A stretch of DNA of 63,225 bases, the filler included, from Octopus bimaculoides (Eukaryota), in the NCBI RefSeq assembly GCF_001194135.2. It is 4 parts of 4 records of this genome, joined end to end, with 100 filler letters (N's around TTAATTAATTAA, not from the genome) between each part and the next. Parts side by side here need not be neighbours in the genome. Positions count along the whole stretch, not along the records: positions 1 to 26,659 come from NC_068997.1; positions 26,760 to 39,258 come from NC_068988.1; 2 more parts are not named here. One strand, written 5' to 3'. Below the pieces are notes generated by a model that was not told where the DNA came from, searched no databases, and worked only from the letters and a program-made list of their open reading frames with translations. How positions within the stretch are numbered: position 1 is the stretch's first letter; the number at the start of each line of letters is the position of its first letter. A program made the translations under genes and the position numbers. Of the stretch, positions 14,300 through 28,290 are shown one piece after another.

Positions 14300-14470
14300 A
14301 CACACATATACGATGGGCTTCTTTCAGTTTCCATCTACCAAATCCACTCACAAGGCTTTGGTCGGCCCGAGGCTATAGTAGAAGACACTTGCCCAAGGTG
14401 CCATGTAGTGGGACTGATCCCGGAACCATGTGGTTGGTAAGCAAGCTACTTAGCACACAGCCGCCACTCC
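14300..14470 (-). mobile_element. SINE family A, 5' half
   Basis: Reverse complement of the family A head and CORE-like segment. Confidence 0.85.
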
Positions 14471-15299
14471 TGTGTGCACACTTCTATATATTTATACTTA
14501 TATATATATATATCATTATTAATCATAGGGCAGCAAAATAAATTTTAGAAATTTAATTTACCACCAGTGGTCCAGCGAGAATAAAAAATTAGTCAATANN
14601 NNNNNNNNNNNNNNNNNNNNNNNNNNNNNNNNNNNNNNNNNNNNNNNNNNNNNNNNNNNNNNNNNNNNNNNNNNNNNNNNNNNNNNNNNNNNNNNNNNNN
14701 NNNNNNNNNNNNNNNNNNNNNNNNNNNNNNNNNNNNNNNNNNNNNNNNNNNNNNNNNNNNNNNNNNNNNNNNNNNNNNNNNNNNNNNNNNNNNNNNNNNN
14801 NNNNNNNNNNNNNNNNNNNNNNNNNNNNNNNNNNNNNNNNNNNNNNNNNNNNNNNNNNNNNNNNNNNNNNNNNNNNNNNNNNNNNNNNNNNNNNNNNNNN
14901 NNNNNNNNNNNNNNNNNNNNNNNNNNNNNNNNNNNNNNNNNNNNNNNNNNNNNNNNNNNNNNNNNNNNNNNNNNNNNNNNNNNNNNNNNNNNNNNNNNNN
15001 NNNNNNNNNNNNNNNNNNNNNNNNNNNNNNNNNNNNNNNNNNNNNNNNNNNNNNNNNNNNNNNNNNNNNNNNNNNNNNNNNNNNNNNNNNNNNNNNNNNN
15101 TATATATATATATACACATAAAATTATAAATACATGTATGTATATATATATAGACACACATACATGCACACACACATACATACATGCATGCATGCATGCA
15201 TTCATACATACATACATACATATATTTAAAATTATAATTAATCTTGTCAAGAAATTTCAATAGTAATTTGCAATTCATTCTTGATTTATGAGTGGGTTT

Positions 15300-15900
15300 G
15301 AATAAAACATGTTGTGTCAACAGATCTTTGTGGTAGTGGCTATGGTTTTGGTGGTAGTAGTGGTAGTGGTGTAAGTAGACAGTGTGCGGTGGTGGTATTG
15401 GGGATGGTGGTGGTGGTGGTGGTGGTGATGGTGGCAGTAGTAGTGGTAATAGTAGGTGTGATGGTGGTAGTGGGAGTAGAAATTTGTAATTGTAGTAGCA
15501 GTAGGAGTAGTAGATGTTGTTGTTGTTTCTGCTGTTGTTGTGGTGGTGGTAGTGGTGGTAGTGGTGGTAAAGGTTTGATGGTTGTGGTGGTGTTGTTGAC
15601 GTTATTGGTGTGGTGGTTGAGTTGTTGGTGGTATTTTGTTGTTATTAATGGAGATTGTGAAAGCAGTAGTAGTAGTGGTAGTGGTAGTGGTGGTGGTGGT
15701 AGTAGTGGTGGCAATGGTGGTGGTGGCAGTGGTGGTGGTGGTGGTGGTGGTTGTGTCGGCAGCAGCAGTAGTGGTAGTGGTGGTGTTGATTGTAATAGTG
15801 GTGGTGGTGGCTGTAGCGGTGGTGGCAGCAGCAGCAGCAGTGATCGTAGTAGTAGTAGTAGTAGTAGTTGCAGTTGTAGTTGGATTATGGTTGTAATGAA
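15300..15900. repeat. Degenerate (GGT/AGT/TGT)n low-complexity tract
   Basis: Read directly. It explains the Gly/Ser/Val and Pro/Thr ORFs. Confidence 0.9.
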
Positions 15901-15929
15901 GGCAGTGATTTCCCTTCTGGCTTGCCCCT

Positions 15930-16400
15930 AGGTCTCCTGCAATTTGGCTTGGCTTGAAGAATCTGTCTTGCGATCCTTTCCTAAAAGCATTCTAGCTACA
16001 TGTCCACCATAACCAGAACTGTGACATCCCAATGCAGCAAATTTATCATCATTAATACTATCTTTCAGCAGAAAGACAATCTGCAGACAACATGGATGCA
16101 TCCTTGGTCCAAATATTGGCACCTCCTGGATTACATTTTTGTAATGTATGATGAGAAATCACATATGGTCCTTCATTTTATCTGCTGTGAACTCAGTCTC
16201 CATTACAAACCAAAGCCTACGAGAAAAAGTATTTCAAAATGGCAATTCTTCTGGGCAATTCTTCAGTCAGGGTTTGAGAATCCCTACTTTTGTACAGATT
16301 CATCTCAAGTAGTGATTTGGAAACACCTTAAAAACCCATACTGTTATAGTCTTTTGAAGAAGTCTCTTTTCTGCAAAAAGAATGGGTATTAGCTTGATGA
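15930..16400 (+). mobile_element. RTE-clade LINE APE endonuclease fragment
   Basis: FIIINTIFQQKDNLQTTWMHPWSKYWHLLDYIFV matches the RTE motif ITNT.FQ......TTWMHPRSK.WH.IDY. Confidence 0.8.
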
Positions 16401-16479
16401 AAATGGAAAATTCAGGTCTTGTTAGTTGAGAAGAAATCCACCTGCCAAATGCACTTTGGAAAGAAAGCACACTTTGGCC

Positions 16480-16820
16480 TTGTGTAAACATTCAACTCCC
16501 AGGACTTATTCTTTGCAAGCCTAATACTTAATCTATCAGTCTTTTGCTGAACCGCTAAATAACGGGGGCGTAAACACACCAGCATCGGTTGTCTAGCGAT
16601 GTTGTGGGGCAAACATAGACACACAAACATATACATACATGTATATATATATATATTTACATATATACGACGGGATTCTTTCAGTTTCTGTCTACCAAAT
16701 CCACTCACAAGGCTTTGGTCGGCCTGAGGCTATAGTAGAAGACACATGCCCAAGGTGCTACATAGTAGGACTGAATCCGGGACCATGTGGTCAGTAAGCA
16801 AGCTACTTACCACACAGCCA
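16480..16820 (-). mobile_element. SINE family A, near full length
   Basis: Reverse complement of the family A head, internal microsatellite and 3' body. Confidence 0.85.
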
Positions 16821-16830
16821 CTCCTATGCC

Positions 16831-16891
<61 letters not shown>

Positions 16892-17425
16892 GTCTATCTG
16901 TCTATCTATCTATCTATCTATCTATCTATATATATATACATATATATATACATACACACACACATACTCACACATATTTCTCTCCTTTTTTCTGTGTGTG
17001 CTTGTGTTGTGGCTTTTTATGGCTTTGTTTGTGTGTATGCGCATGTACCACAGTGAGTGAGTATGTGTGCAGAAAGCTGCATACGTTTGGGCTGGAGTAG
17101 AATTCCAAGTTAATTAAGTGTACCGCAAACAGACATGATCAGGATATCCTTATCTGTTGCAGACATATCATTATGTCTCTCAGCAGAATATTTAATCTAT
17201 AAATATCTGAGATTACCTACCTGTGAATGATAGCTTACAGATCTTCTGTGAATGTTACCTGAAATTTGATTGCTATTTGAGTTCCACCCAGGGGAACATC
17301 AATCTCTCATCCTATCTAAATTACTGTATGCAAATATACACATACATACATAAATACATACACACACGCATGCATACATACACACACACATACATACACA
17401 CACATACATACAAACAAGCATGCAT

Positions 17426-17458
<33 letters not shown>

Positions 17459-17467
17459 CATATATAT

Positions 17468-17502
<35 letters not shown>

Positions 17503-17551
17503 CATACATACATACACACACACACACACTCATATATATATNNNNNNNNNN

Positions 17552-17615
<64 letters not shown>

Positions 17616-18399
17616 GATGTATTATGTATGTATGGTATAGAAGTAGATTAAAAAACAGTTAAAAGAAGTATAAATAAAATGATGTTAGAAAAATGACTCA
17701 GAATGCCATGAGTATGGAAAACAGAGGTGGATACAGGCTTACTGAATATTTATATTATTTATTTATTTATTAAAATTATCTTCCATTTCAGAGAAAAGTG
17801 AACAAGTACCTAGTGGTGATTGCAAACATCTCAGAATTAGAACAGGAAACAATTTTAGGCATCAAGAATTTTCAGGGAGAACATACTCTCTTTATTTAAA
17901 GGAAAGACATCTGTGGATACATATTTCCGCCTCAATTGATATCATCAGCACAGCAACATTTCTACATTTTTGTCTTGAGTCCAGAAATGATGAGAGTTAG
18001 GAATATAGAAGATAAGTAATAAATTTTCATGACATAGACTAATTTGTATTATTCAAGAGGAAAAATGTAAAAAAATCTATAGATAACCATATATCTCACA
18101 AAATATATTCGTTATTCATTGAAATTATCTTCAGTTCAAAAGGAAGGTAAATAAATGCCTAGTGGCAATTGCACAAGCTTTGAATACGAAGGAAGATAAT
18201 CACAAAAAATTTCTCTCTAATTGTCATGTCATTAGGAAACAGACAGTGTTATTGTCTCAAGACATGAAGGCAGCTGCAAACAAATGTTTCTACTTCAATA
18301 AGCATCATTAGCATGGCAGACATCCTACGGTGACACAAGCAAATGTGTCCAAGCAAATGTGTCCCAGCAAATGTGTCAATCATGGTTTATTGAGACAGT

Positions 18400-18700
18400 A
18401 TAGCCTCAGGCCGACCAAAGCCTTGTGAGTGGATTTGGTAGATGGAAACTGAAAGAAACCCGTTTTATGTATATATATATGTGTATATGTATTTGTGTGC
18501 CTGTGCCTGTGCCTCCAACATCGCTTGACAACTGATGTTGGTGTGTTTACATCCCTATAATCTAGTGGTTCGGCAAAAGAGACTGATAGAATTAGTACCA
18601 GGCTTACAAAGAGTAAGTCCTGGGGTTGATTTGTTCAACTAGAAGGAGTGCTCCAGCATGGCCACTGTCAAATGACTGCAACAAGTAAAAGAATAAAAGA
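18400..18700 (+). mobile_element. SINE family A, 5'-truncated, CpG-decayed
   Basis: tatagcctcaggccgaccaaagccttgtgagtgg...gtgctccagcatggcc...gaataaaaga. Confidence 0.85.
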
Positions 18701-18714
18701 CTGTATATGTACAT

Positions 18715-18746
<32 letters not shown>

Positions 18747-19255
18747 CATATATATAATAATATTAGGGACAAAATCCAAAATTACAGGTAAAAACTGAAT
18801 TAGAATCAATTTTTTTTTTATATATATATATATATATNNNNNNNNNNNNNNNNNNNNNNNNNNNNNNNNNNNNNNNNNNNNNNNNNNNNNNNNNNNNNNN
18901 NNNNNNNNNNNNNNNNNNNNNNNNNNNNNNNNNNNNNNNNNNNNNNNNNNNNNNNNNNNNNNNNNNNNNNNNNNNNNNNNNNNNNNNNNNNNNNNNNNNN
19001 NNNNNNNNNNNNNNNNNNNNNNNNNNNNNNNNNNNNNNNNNNNNNNNNNNNNNNNNNNNNNNNNNNNNNNNNNNNNNNNNNNNNNNNNNNNNNNNNNNNN
19101 NNNNNNNNNNNNNNNNNNNNNNNNNNNNNNNNNNNNNNNNNNNNNNNNNNNNNNNNNNNNNNNNNNNNNNNNNNNNNNNNNNNNNNNNNNNNNNNNNNNN
19201 NNNNNNATATATATAGTATATATATATTTATATAAGTATAGGTATATATATAGGT

Positions 19256-19340
<85 letters not shown>

Positions 19341-19970
19341 ATAGGCATTTACCTCTTATTTCTAAATCAGTGTGTGGCGAAGCAATTAGCTGACCCCTTG
19401 ACTATAATTATGTATATAATTATAGAATATTTTATATGTGAGTGTGTGTGTGTGTGTGTGTATGGATGTGTGTGCAATTATCTACATATGTATCCCCCCA
19501 CACAAGTTGGATACATACTGGACAGTGTATGGGAGAAGTGTAATTTCCCTAGCAACAGACAGCAGGCAGAGTAGGCAAAGATTTGTCATACAGAACAATA
19601 AAGACAAGTAAAAGAGATCTAGTGAAGAAAGTGTGACAAATATAGATATATAGAGAGAGAGTAGCTAGTAAAAGCTGTGCATTCACATAGATGTAATAAC
19701 ATAAAGAAAGATTCCAAATATAAGTAATATTGCTTTCAAGGGACACTACTCTGCTGTTTTGTCTATCTTTGACCTCTGACTGTATCTGGAAGCTTTCATT
19801 GCTTTTCCGGTATATCAGTTATGGAGTTTCCCACTGTGTTAAAATAATTCGGAGCATTTTGGATCTTGTTCTTGTAGTTGTTTTTCTTTTTGTTGTTTCT
19901 TTTTGTGGGTTGATTTGAATTTCTACGTGTATGTGTATGTGTGTACGTGTGTGTGTGTGCGTATGTATAG

Positions 19971-20013
<43 letters not shown>

Positions 20014-21009
20014 GAGATAGATTGATAGATACACATACACATATGTGCATATATATTTATATATATATTTTAATCTATCGGCATCTACATACACACACAC
20101 ACACACACACATATGTATGTATATTTATACATCTATACACACACACATATATATATATAACTGAGTACATGTATATATATACATATATATANNNNNNNNN
20201 NNNNNNNNNNNNNNNNNNNNNNNNNNNNNNNNNNNNNNNNNNNNNNNNNNNNNNNNNNNNNNNNNNNNNNNNNNNNNNNNNNNNNNNNNNNNNNNNNNNN
20301 NNNNNNNNNNNNNNNNNNNNNNNNNNNNNNNNNNNNNNNNNNNNNNNNNNNNNNNNNNNNNNNNNNNNNNNNNNNNNNNNNNNNNNNNNNNNNNNNNNNN
20401 NNNNNNNNNNNNNNNNNNNNNNNNNNNNNNNNNNNNNNNNNNNNNNNNNNNNNNNNNNNNNNNNNNNNNNNNNNNNNNNNNNNNNNNNNNNNNNNNNNNN
20501 NNNNNNNNNNNNNNNNNNNNNNNNNNNNNNNNNNNNNNNNNATATATATATATATATATATACATTTATATATAGACACACACACTCACACACACACATA
20601 TATACATATATATTTCACATATATGTGCATAAATATATAGTAAAATTTATTTATTTATACTAGGTTATATATACATATACACAGAGAGAAATGTGTATTG
20701 ATATGGATAATTATTCATATATTTGTGTGTGCCTGTGTGTGTGTGTGTGTGTGTCTGTGTGTGCATAGGTAGGTTGATATGCATGGATATAACGGAAGAG
20801 TGGTGGAAAGAGGTATACAGTTTCTTTCACATGGTGAACTGTTGTGTTTGCAATTAAAATTTTTGTATTTGTAAGAATATGATACAAAGAAACTCTTTAC
20901 GGTTGTTTTACAATTGCTCTATTGTCAGCTTGTGCTTAAAAACGGATGGGTGAGAGATTCCATTGTGAATTAGTATAATGTAAATTATTCAATTAATGAA
21001 TCATAGCAA

Positions 21010-21066
<57 letters not shown>

Positions 21067-21144
21067 CAACAACAACAACAATAATGATGACGATGATGAT
21101 AATAGTAATAATACTGTATGATGATTATAATAATAATACTACAC

Positions 21145-21198
<54 letters not shown>

Positions 21199-21231
21199 TA
21201 ATAATGAAAATAATAATAATAATAATGATAA

Positions 21232-21283
<52 letters not shown>

Positions 21284-22177
21284 AACAATAATTCTGGTAA
21301 TTGTAGAGTTTAGAATATCAATTTAGAAAATATATTAACTTTTACCCTATCTTAATAATATATTAACAAAACAATATTTGATTAAAAAGATAATTTATTG
21401 GTGAATTTAGAAATTTTTATTTATAACCTATAGTTACGTAATAGTACAGTGAAATATCTGTAAAATTTTAAGGCAGCTTGCTATTTCATATATACATTTA
21501 CATACACACACACACACAAACACATACATACACACATTTATAGATAGATTTATATTCACATACATATTCATGTTTATACTTGATTATATATATNNNNNNN
21601 NNNNNNNNNNNNNNNNNNNNNNNNNNNNNNNNNNNNNNNNNNNNNNNNNNNNNNNNNNNNNNNNNNNNNNNNNNNNNNNNNNNNNNNNNNNNNNNNNNNN
21701 NNNNNNNNNNNNNNNNNNNNNNNNNNNNNNNNNNNNNNNNNNNNNNNNNNNNNNNNNNNNNNNNNNNNNNNNNNNNNNNNNNNNNNNNNNNNNNNNNNNN
21801 NNNNNNNNNNNNNNNNNNNNNNNNNNNNNNNNNNNNNNNNNNNNNNNNNNNNNNNNNNNNNNNNNNNNNNNNNNNNNNNNNNNNNNNNNNNNNNNNNNNN
21901 NNNNNNNNNNNNNNNNNNNNNNNNNNNNNNNNNNTGGCTTCACATTTGTTGAATTTTAAAACTGTACATTATGGGGAATGTGGAACTATGATTTTAAAAC
22001 TGCATCTCTCCTGGCACCAACATTGTCATCATCATTTAACTGCCATTTCCCATGCTGTCATGGGTTGGACGGTTTGTCAGCAGCTGGTAAGGCTGGGAAC
22101 CGTACCGTATTTCATTTCTGTTTTGGCATCGTCTCTATAGCTGGATTCCCTTCCTAACACATTTTATCGTGTCGTGA

Positions 22178-22381
22178 GAGAGTCATTCTCTTTTAGTGCC
22201 TTATTATTTAACACACTCACTGGTTCGATTTCCACTCATTTACTTATTTAAATTTTCTAAAATTTTTGTTACATCTTTCAACCTTTTCAATAGTCATCGA
22301 ACAACTATTGAATTAGTGAATGAGTGGAAATCAAACCAGTGAGTGTGTTAAATAATAAGGCACTAAGAGAGAATGAGTCTC
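22178..22381. repeat. Long inverted repeat (about 67-bp arms, 4 mismatches) with an inner short palindrome
   Basis: 22178-22244 is the reverse complement of 22314-22381. The inner palindrome is ttcaatagt...actattgaa. Confidence 0.9.
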
Positions 22382-22534
22382 CCCAGACAATAAAACATGC
22401 TTCAACACTCGAATTCACATAAAGAATCTTGCAAACCAAATCCAAAAACTTCCTAACACAGTTTCTCTAAAAATCTTTAATTTTTTTATAGAGTGAATGT
22501 GGCTCAGATTGTTATCTCTTATTATATTGATTGA

Positions 22535-22750
22535 TTAAAGTGGCATGCTGACAGAACGTTAGCACACCGGGCGAAACGCTTAGCATTATTTCATCTGTCT
22601 TTACGTTCAGAGTTCAAATTCCACCGAGGTCGACTCTGCTTTTCATCCTTTCAGGGCCGATAAATTAAGTACCAGTTGTGTACTGGGGTTGATCTAATTG
22701 ACTGGCCTCCTCCCCCAAAATTCTGGGCCTTGTGCCTAGAGTACAAAAGA
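22535..22750 (+). mobile_element. SINE family B
   Basis: Collinear with 57361, with tail ggccttgtgcctagagta. Confidence 0.85.
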
Positions 22751-22978
22751 GTGTACAGATTGATTAACTGAGGATGGTCATGTGACGAGATAAGGGAACT
22801 TTATTCAGTTTTCCATTATGTCAATGTATTAAGGTCATGTGACAGCCCCACAGGAAGGTCACATCAAAACTTTAGTACAGTAGAAATGTTATACCACGGT
22901 CAGAAAAATGCTTATGAAAGGCAGATGTCATGACCGAATCTAGAGCTGTTTGTCTCTATCAGTTTATGTATCCATGTG

Positions 22979-23029
<51 letters not shown>

Positions 23030-23123
23030 ATCTATGTGTATGTACATATGTATATATGAATATATGNNNNNNNNNNTATATATGAATATATGTGTGTGTT
23101 TGTAGATAGTAAGACAGATAAAC

Positions 23124-23174
<51 letters not shown>

Positions 23175-23722
23175 TAGACATTCATAGGAGGCCAAACACA
23201 CTCATATGCAGTGATATTCTGTGTGTGTGTGTGTCAGGAAGAAAGTTTCTGTTTCTTAAAATTTATTGTTACTATAATTCTATAGTCTAATAATTATGAA
23301 TATACATATGTAAGTATACATAAGGTGTATGTATGCACACACATTCACACGCACACACACACATTCACACGCACACACACTCACACATATATACGTATAT
23401 ATTCATTCACACATGATTTATAGATGCATCTACATTCTAAATCGTGTGTGTGAGTGTGTGTATCTGTGTATGCATGCTTATTCACAAACACATTTGCGCT
23501 ACTTCAGAAATATATATATATNNNNNNNNNNNNNNNNNNNNNNNNNNNNNNNNNNNNNNNNNNNNNNNNNNNNNNNNNNNNNNNNNNNNNNNNNNNNNNN
23601 NNNNNNNNNNNNNNNNNNNNNNNNNNNNNNNNNNNNNNNNNNNNNNNNNNNNNNNNNNNNNNNNNNNNNNNNNNNNNNNNNNNNNNNNNNNNNNNNNNNN
23701 TGTACACACACACACATACGTA

Positions 23723-23767
<45 letters not shown>

Positions 23768-24233
23768 GTTTATATGTTTTCGTATATACGTTGCAGCCTA
23801 TTTTCAAAAGGTCTTTAGTCTATCCAAAAATGTCACAGAATGATTTAAAGTTTCATTTCTGGCTTCTTCTGTCTGTGACTCTTCCATGTAAGACATCATG
23901 TCTTTCCGTACACTCTTGATATCTTCATTCTTTTTATTTTAAATTGTTTTATTCATTTATTGCTTTGTTTCTCTTCTTTTTTTTTTACATTTTATTTAAT
24001 TTCATCATAAATACTTATTAACATTCTATTGTATCTCTCTTTTTCTTTTGTCTTTTGTAGCTCAAACCTTTGTTTTTTGTTTTTTTCTTTAATTTTTATT
24101 TTTTATTTCTCTCTGTTTTCACTTAAATATAATGTCTCAGTATCTACCATAGGAATTTTAACTTCTGATTGATATCCTGTCAATCTTTTCATAATTTTCT
24201 TCTTTTCTTTCTCTCTTTTCTTTTGTTAACTTC

Positions 24234-24303
<70 letters not shown>

Positions 24304-24519
24304 NNNNNNNNNNTCTTTCTTTTTTCTTTCTGCCTTCCTTTGTTAACTTCTTTTTTTTTTTTAATATTGATTCTGGTTTTTTTTCTTTTTTTGCGTTTGG
24401 AAGAAGTACGAAGCCAATTATTTAGATTTTTATTTTGGTTTTTGAAGAGCAAATGGTATATGCAATACATACATACATACATACATACATACAGATATTT
24501 AAATGTGTAGGCCCAATCT

Positions 24520-24990
24520 CTAATTGCAGAGGGAACATTAAGGAGGGGTAGACCCAAGAAGATGTGTGACCAAATGATGAGACAGAGCCTTCAGACATTG
24601 GACCTTACACAGGGAATTAGAGGGGACCAAGACTCCCAGCAGATTGCTGTGCTTGAGATAACATGACATGCTAAGTTAAACTGTGGTAGTCCCTGCTTAC
24701 AGGTATGTCCCCTGCATCCCTCTCCAGCCGAGCATTCCTAATCTTGTGGCTCGGTGGGGGCTGGTACCATGTAAAATGTACCTATATTGGTGTCATGTTA
24801 AAGCACCCACGCTGGTGCTGTTTGAAAGCACCCAGTAGACTCTGTAAAGTAGTTGGCATTAGGAAGGGTGTCCAATCAGAGAAACAAGGCATGGAGCCGA
24901 GGCAGCTGTTCAGCTGTTCAGCTCATGTCAAACCATCCAGTCCATGCTAGCATGGAAAATGGATGTATGATGATGATGATGATGATGATG
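24520..24990 (+). mobile_element. RTE LINE 3' end with 3'UTR and (GAT)n tail
   Basis: AEGTLRRGRPKKMCDQMMRQSLQTLDL...AVLEIT*, ending ccatgctagcatggaaaatggatgt then (GAT)n. Confidence 0.75.
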
Positions 24991-25032
24991 AATATATATA
25001 TATGTGCTTGTTTTATTATCAATATATTACCA

Positions 25033-25250
25033 GTAAGGCAGCAAGCTGGCTGAATCGTTAGCACGCCGGGCGAAATGCTTAGCAGTATTTCGTCTGTCTT
25101 TACGTTCTGAGTTCAAATTCCACAGAGGTTGATGTTGTCTTTCATTCTTTCGGAATCGATAAATTAAGTATCAGCTGCATACTGGGGTCGATCTAATCAA
25201 CTGTTCCCCTCCCATAGGTGCAGGAGTGGCTGTGTGGTAAGTAGTTTGAT
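25033..25250 (+). mobile_element. SINE family B followed directly by a truncated family A head
   Basis: gcagcaagctggctgaatcgttagcacgccgggcgaaatgc..., then ataggtgcaggagtggctgtgtggtaagtag. Confidence 0.8.
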
Positions 25251-26134
25251 CTTTAACAAACATATCTGTAATTAATTGTTTCTGCAACAGTGTAGAAATA
25301 TAAAGTAAGAAAACAACAATGAAAAAAGTGCAATGGAAGTAAATACACCAATGGAAATAACAGAAGTGAATCCAGTGACCTGTGTGATATATATGTATAT
25401 ATGTGTGCGTGATATATATGTATGTATGTGTGTGTGTGTGTGTATATCCAGTGACTTGTGTTGTACCATTTGCACTAATGCTGTGTTCATTTCACCCCAC
25501 TTCAGTTCTTTCAGTTGCAAAAAGGGAAGAATCCTGTGACAGATGGGCATTCCATCCAGTGGGGAACATACGAGCCACAGAAACTGAGAAACCAACCCAC
25601 TGAGTCCGTTTGACCCATTAATGATTTGTATTCTACACCTGCCAACCCTAGAAATGAAGCCAAAAATGAAACTAATAAACGGAAGTCTTGGAGGGCAGTA
25701 ACACCCAGTATAGCCTGGCTTAGATCCAGGATAAGTCTTTCAAAATTATTCTAGCCTGAATACATGTTTTTTGAAGGAGTAGGGAGTCATTTGAGAGTCA
25801 CTTGACTGCTATTTGACGCACATCAAGTAAAAATAAAAGGGTTCAATCATTGGATCATTGAAAGCCATTTGGCTGCTATTGGCAACAGGTCAAGAGACAC
25901 AATTCCAGGTTCTTGCATTGGTTTGATCCTAAACGGTAAAAGATGAAGAATTTTAAAAAATGACACATCACCAGAGAGAAATTGGAAATGTGACAGCCAT
26001 TTTTCAATGCTCAAATTAGTTTAAGTCCATGTATGAGGGCATATCTATGTAAATATGTGTATATATATGAATAAATTGATATATGATATATATAAATACG
26101 AATATACATATATCTATATACATAATCACACACC

Positions 26135-26192
<58 letters not shown>

Positions 26193-26486
26193 TACATATG
26201 TGCATTAATACACGTTTGTGTGTATTATATGTATACATGTGCTTAAGTATTTATATAGATGCATGTTTACATCTCTTATCGTTGCATCTTTGTGTTCTAA
26301 TTTGTTTTTCTCTCTACGTACATACCTACTAAACTGTCTATTTGAGTTATAAATGCTGTTAACAAATTCAAATTATTACCATATTTTTTCACCCTCAGAT
26401 AAATAATATTTATGTAACTATGTATACATGAAAGCATGAATAGTGTGAGTGTGTATGAGAGTGTTTGTGGGAGTTTGAGTGCATGA

Positions 26487-26520
<34 letters not shown>

Positions 26521-26586
26521 TCACACACAAATGCATGAATATATGTATAGATATGCATATATATTACATATATGTGTGGGTTTTAT

Positions 26587-26627
<41 letters not shown>

Positions 26628-26659
26628 CATATATATATGTATATATAGACATATATATA

Positions 26660-26759
26660 NNNNNNNNNNNNNNNNNNNNNNNNNNNNNNNNNNNNNNNNN
26701 NNNTTAATTAATTAANNNNNNNNNNNNNNNNNNNNNNNNNNNNNNNNNNNNNNNNNNNN
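26660..26759. other. Artificial scaffold join: 44 N + TTAATTAATTAA + 44 N
   Basis: The linker at 26704-26715 places stops in all six frames. The identical construct recurs twice more. Confidence 0.9.
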
Positions 26760-27804
26760 TATATATATATATATATATTCACATATATAGACGTCGCATA
26801 CAAATCAAATTGAACAGACAAATATTTTCCCAGGATTTTTCTCTCAGTTCAAACTCCAAGAAAGAATTCAATCGGTTTAATACCGTTTTCAATAGCCAGC
26901 AGGTTTCTCAGGAAAGATTACCTCCCCCACTGCGCTCTAAAGCAGTGTATCGACTTTCAATTACCATTGTGTACAAACATGAAGACTTATACATGTCCAT
27001 AGGCTTGCGTTCGATGGACTCGTACATATACGCATGCGCACATTCATATACGTACACACTCACACACACACATGTAGACAGGCACAAACACAAATACAGG
27101 CACACATATGCACACGCACACACATATTAACGTATGCATACACATAGAAATGAAACTCATACCTACACAAACACACATAAACAAGCGAAAAGCAATCCGC
27201 CATTGTTATATTTGTAAAAGCAGACGATAGAAAAGAAGAAAAGCAACTGAAAGAGAATAAAACGAAACGAAATGGAAGAAAATATCAAGAAATATTAAAT
27301 AATACCAATAAATATTAAATACATATTTATACATAAAAGTATAAACACATATAAAGGTCTATAAACGTGGTCGAATATCTATTTGATTTTGTAAAAGCTC
27401 TGTATATGAGAGCTTACATAGACACGTTACTGTGTGATTGCACTTCTGTGAAAAGAATTGCGCACGCAGTTGTGTATCCGCGTATGTGTATCCATGTTTG
27501 TGTGGTTTGTGAATTTTACAATATTCGACAAAGAAAAAATACACAATCATATTTATATATTCTTATTTACAACGCTTAACAGAAGCCTATAAATAATAGC
27601 ATTTATCTATTTTTTTCTTCTACAATATCGGTTGTTGACTCACATTTCTTCTATTATTTACGTGCTCTCTGTCGTTTTTCTTTCTTCTCTCTCAATCTCA
27701 TACACGCACACGTACGCACATGCATACAAACATATATACATATAAGATACATATATATATATATGAATATATATAAGTATACATATGTATGTGTGAGTGC
27801 GTGG

Positions 27805-27843
<39 letters not shown>

Positions 27844-27853
27844 NNNNNNNNNN

Positions 27854-27890
<37 letters not shown>

Positions 27891-28092
27891 AGAACGAAAA
27901 TGTTATCAATTCACAAATAGTATGAGTGAGTATAAATGTGTGCATAAGTGTGTGTGTAAATGTATTTATGCATTTATATTATTGTAGTGTTCAGCTCAAT
28001 CTCTGTTGCTACTCATAATTTCACCTTATATGAAACTCCGAACCCAGTAAAAGAAAATGATTTGGACGCCGCAATATAACATAATATAATAC

Positions 28093-28290
28093 GAACTGGC
28101 AGAATCGTTAGCACAGCTGGTGAAATGCCTGGCGTCATTTCGTCCGTCATTACGTTCAAATTCTGCCGAGCTCGAGTTTGTTTTTCATTCTTTGGGGGTC
28201 GATAAACTAAGTACCAGTTGAGAACTGGGGTCGATGTAATGGACTGACCTCTCTCTCAGAATTGCTGGTCCCGTGCCAAAATTGGTGAAA
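28093..28290 (+). mobile_element. SINE family B
   Basis: ctggcagaatcgttagcac...ggggtcgataaactaagtaccag. Confidence 0.8.

Noticed and set aside
15314-15931. 205-aa Gly/Ser/Cys-rich ORF resembling a structural protein
   Set aside because: It is a degenerate trinucleotide repeat open in several frames, with a GTG start and no exon boundaries.
17790-17900. Acceptor plus RKVNKYLVVIANISELEQETILGIKNF, faintly like the Slingshot phosphatase N-terminus
   Set aside because: There is an in-frame stop before any good donor, and the opposite strand shows a frameshifted LL.ADDI RT-like motif, so a decayed LINE is more likely.
23793-23915. Coding-looking segment (minus strand NEDIKSVRKDMMSYMEESQTEEARNETL; plus strand possible exon)
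   Set aside because: The minus frame lacks an acceptor and has an upstream stop. The plus frames give no recognisable protein and have no partner exons.
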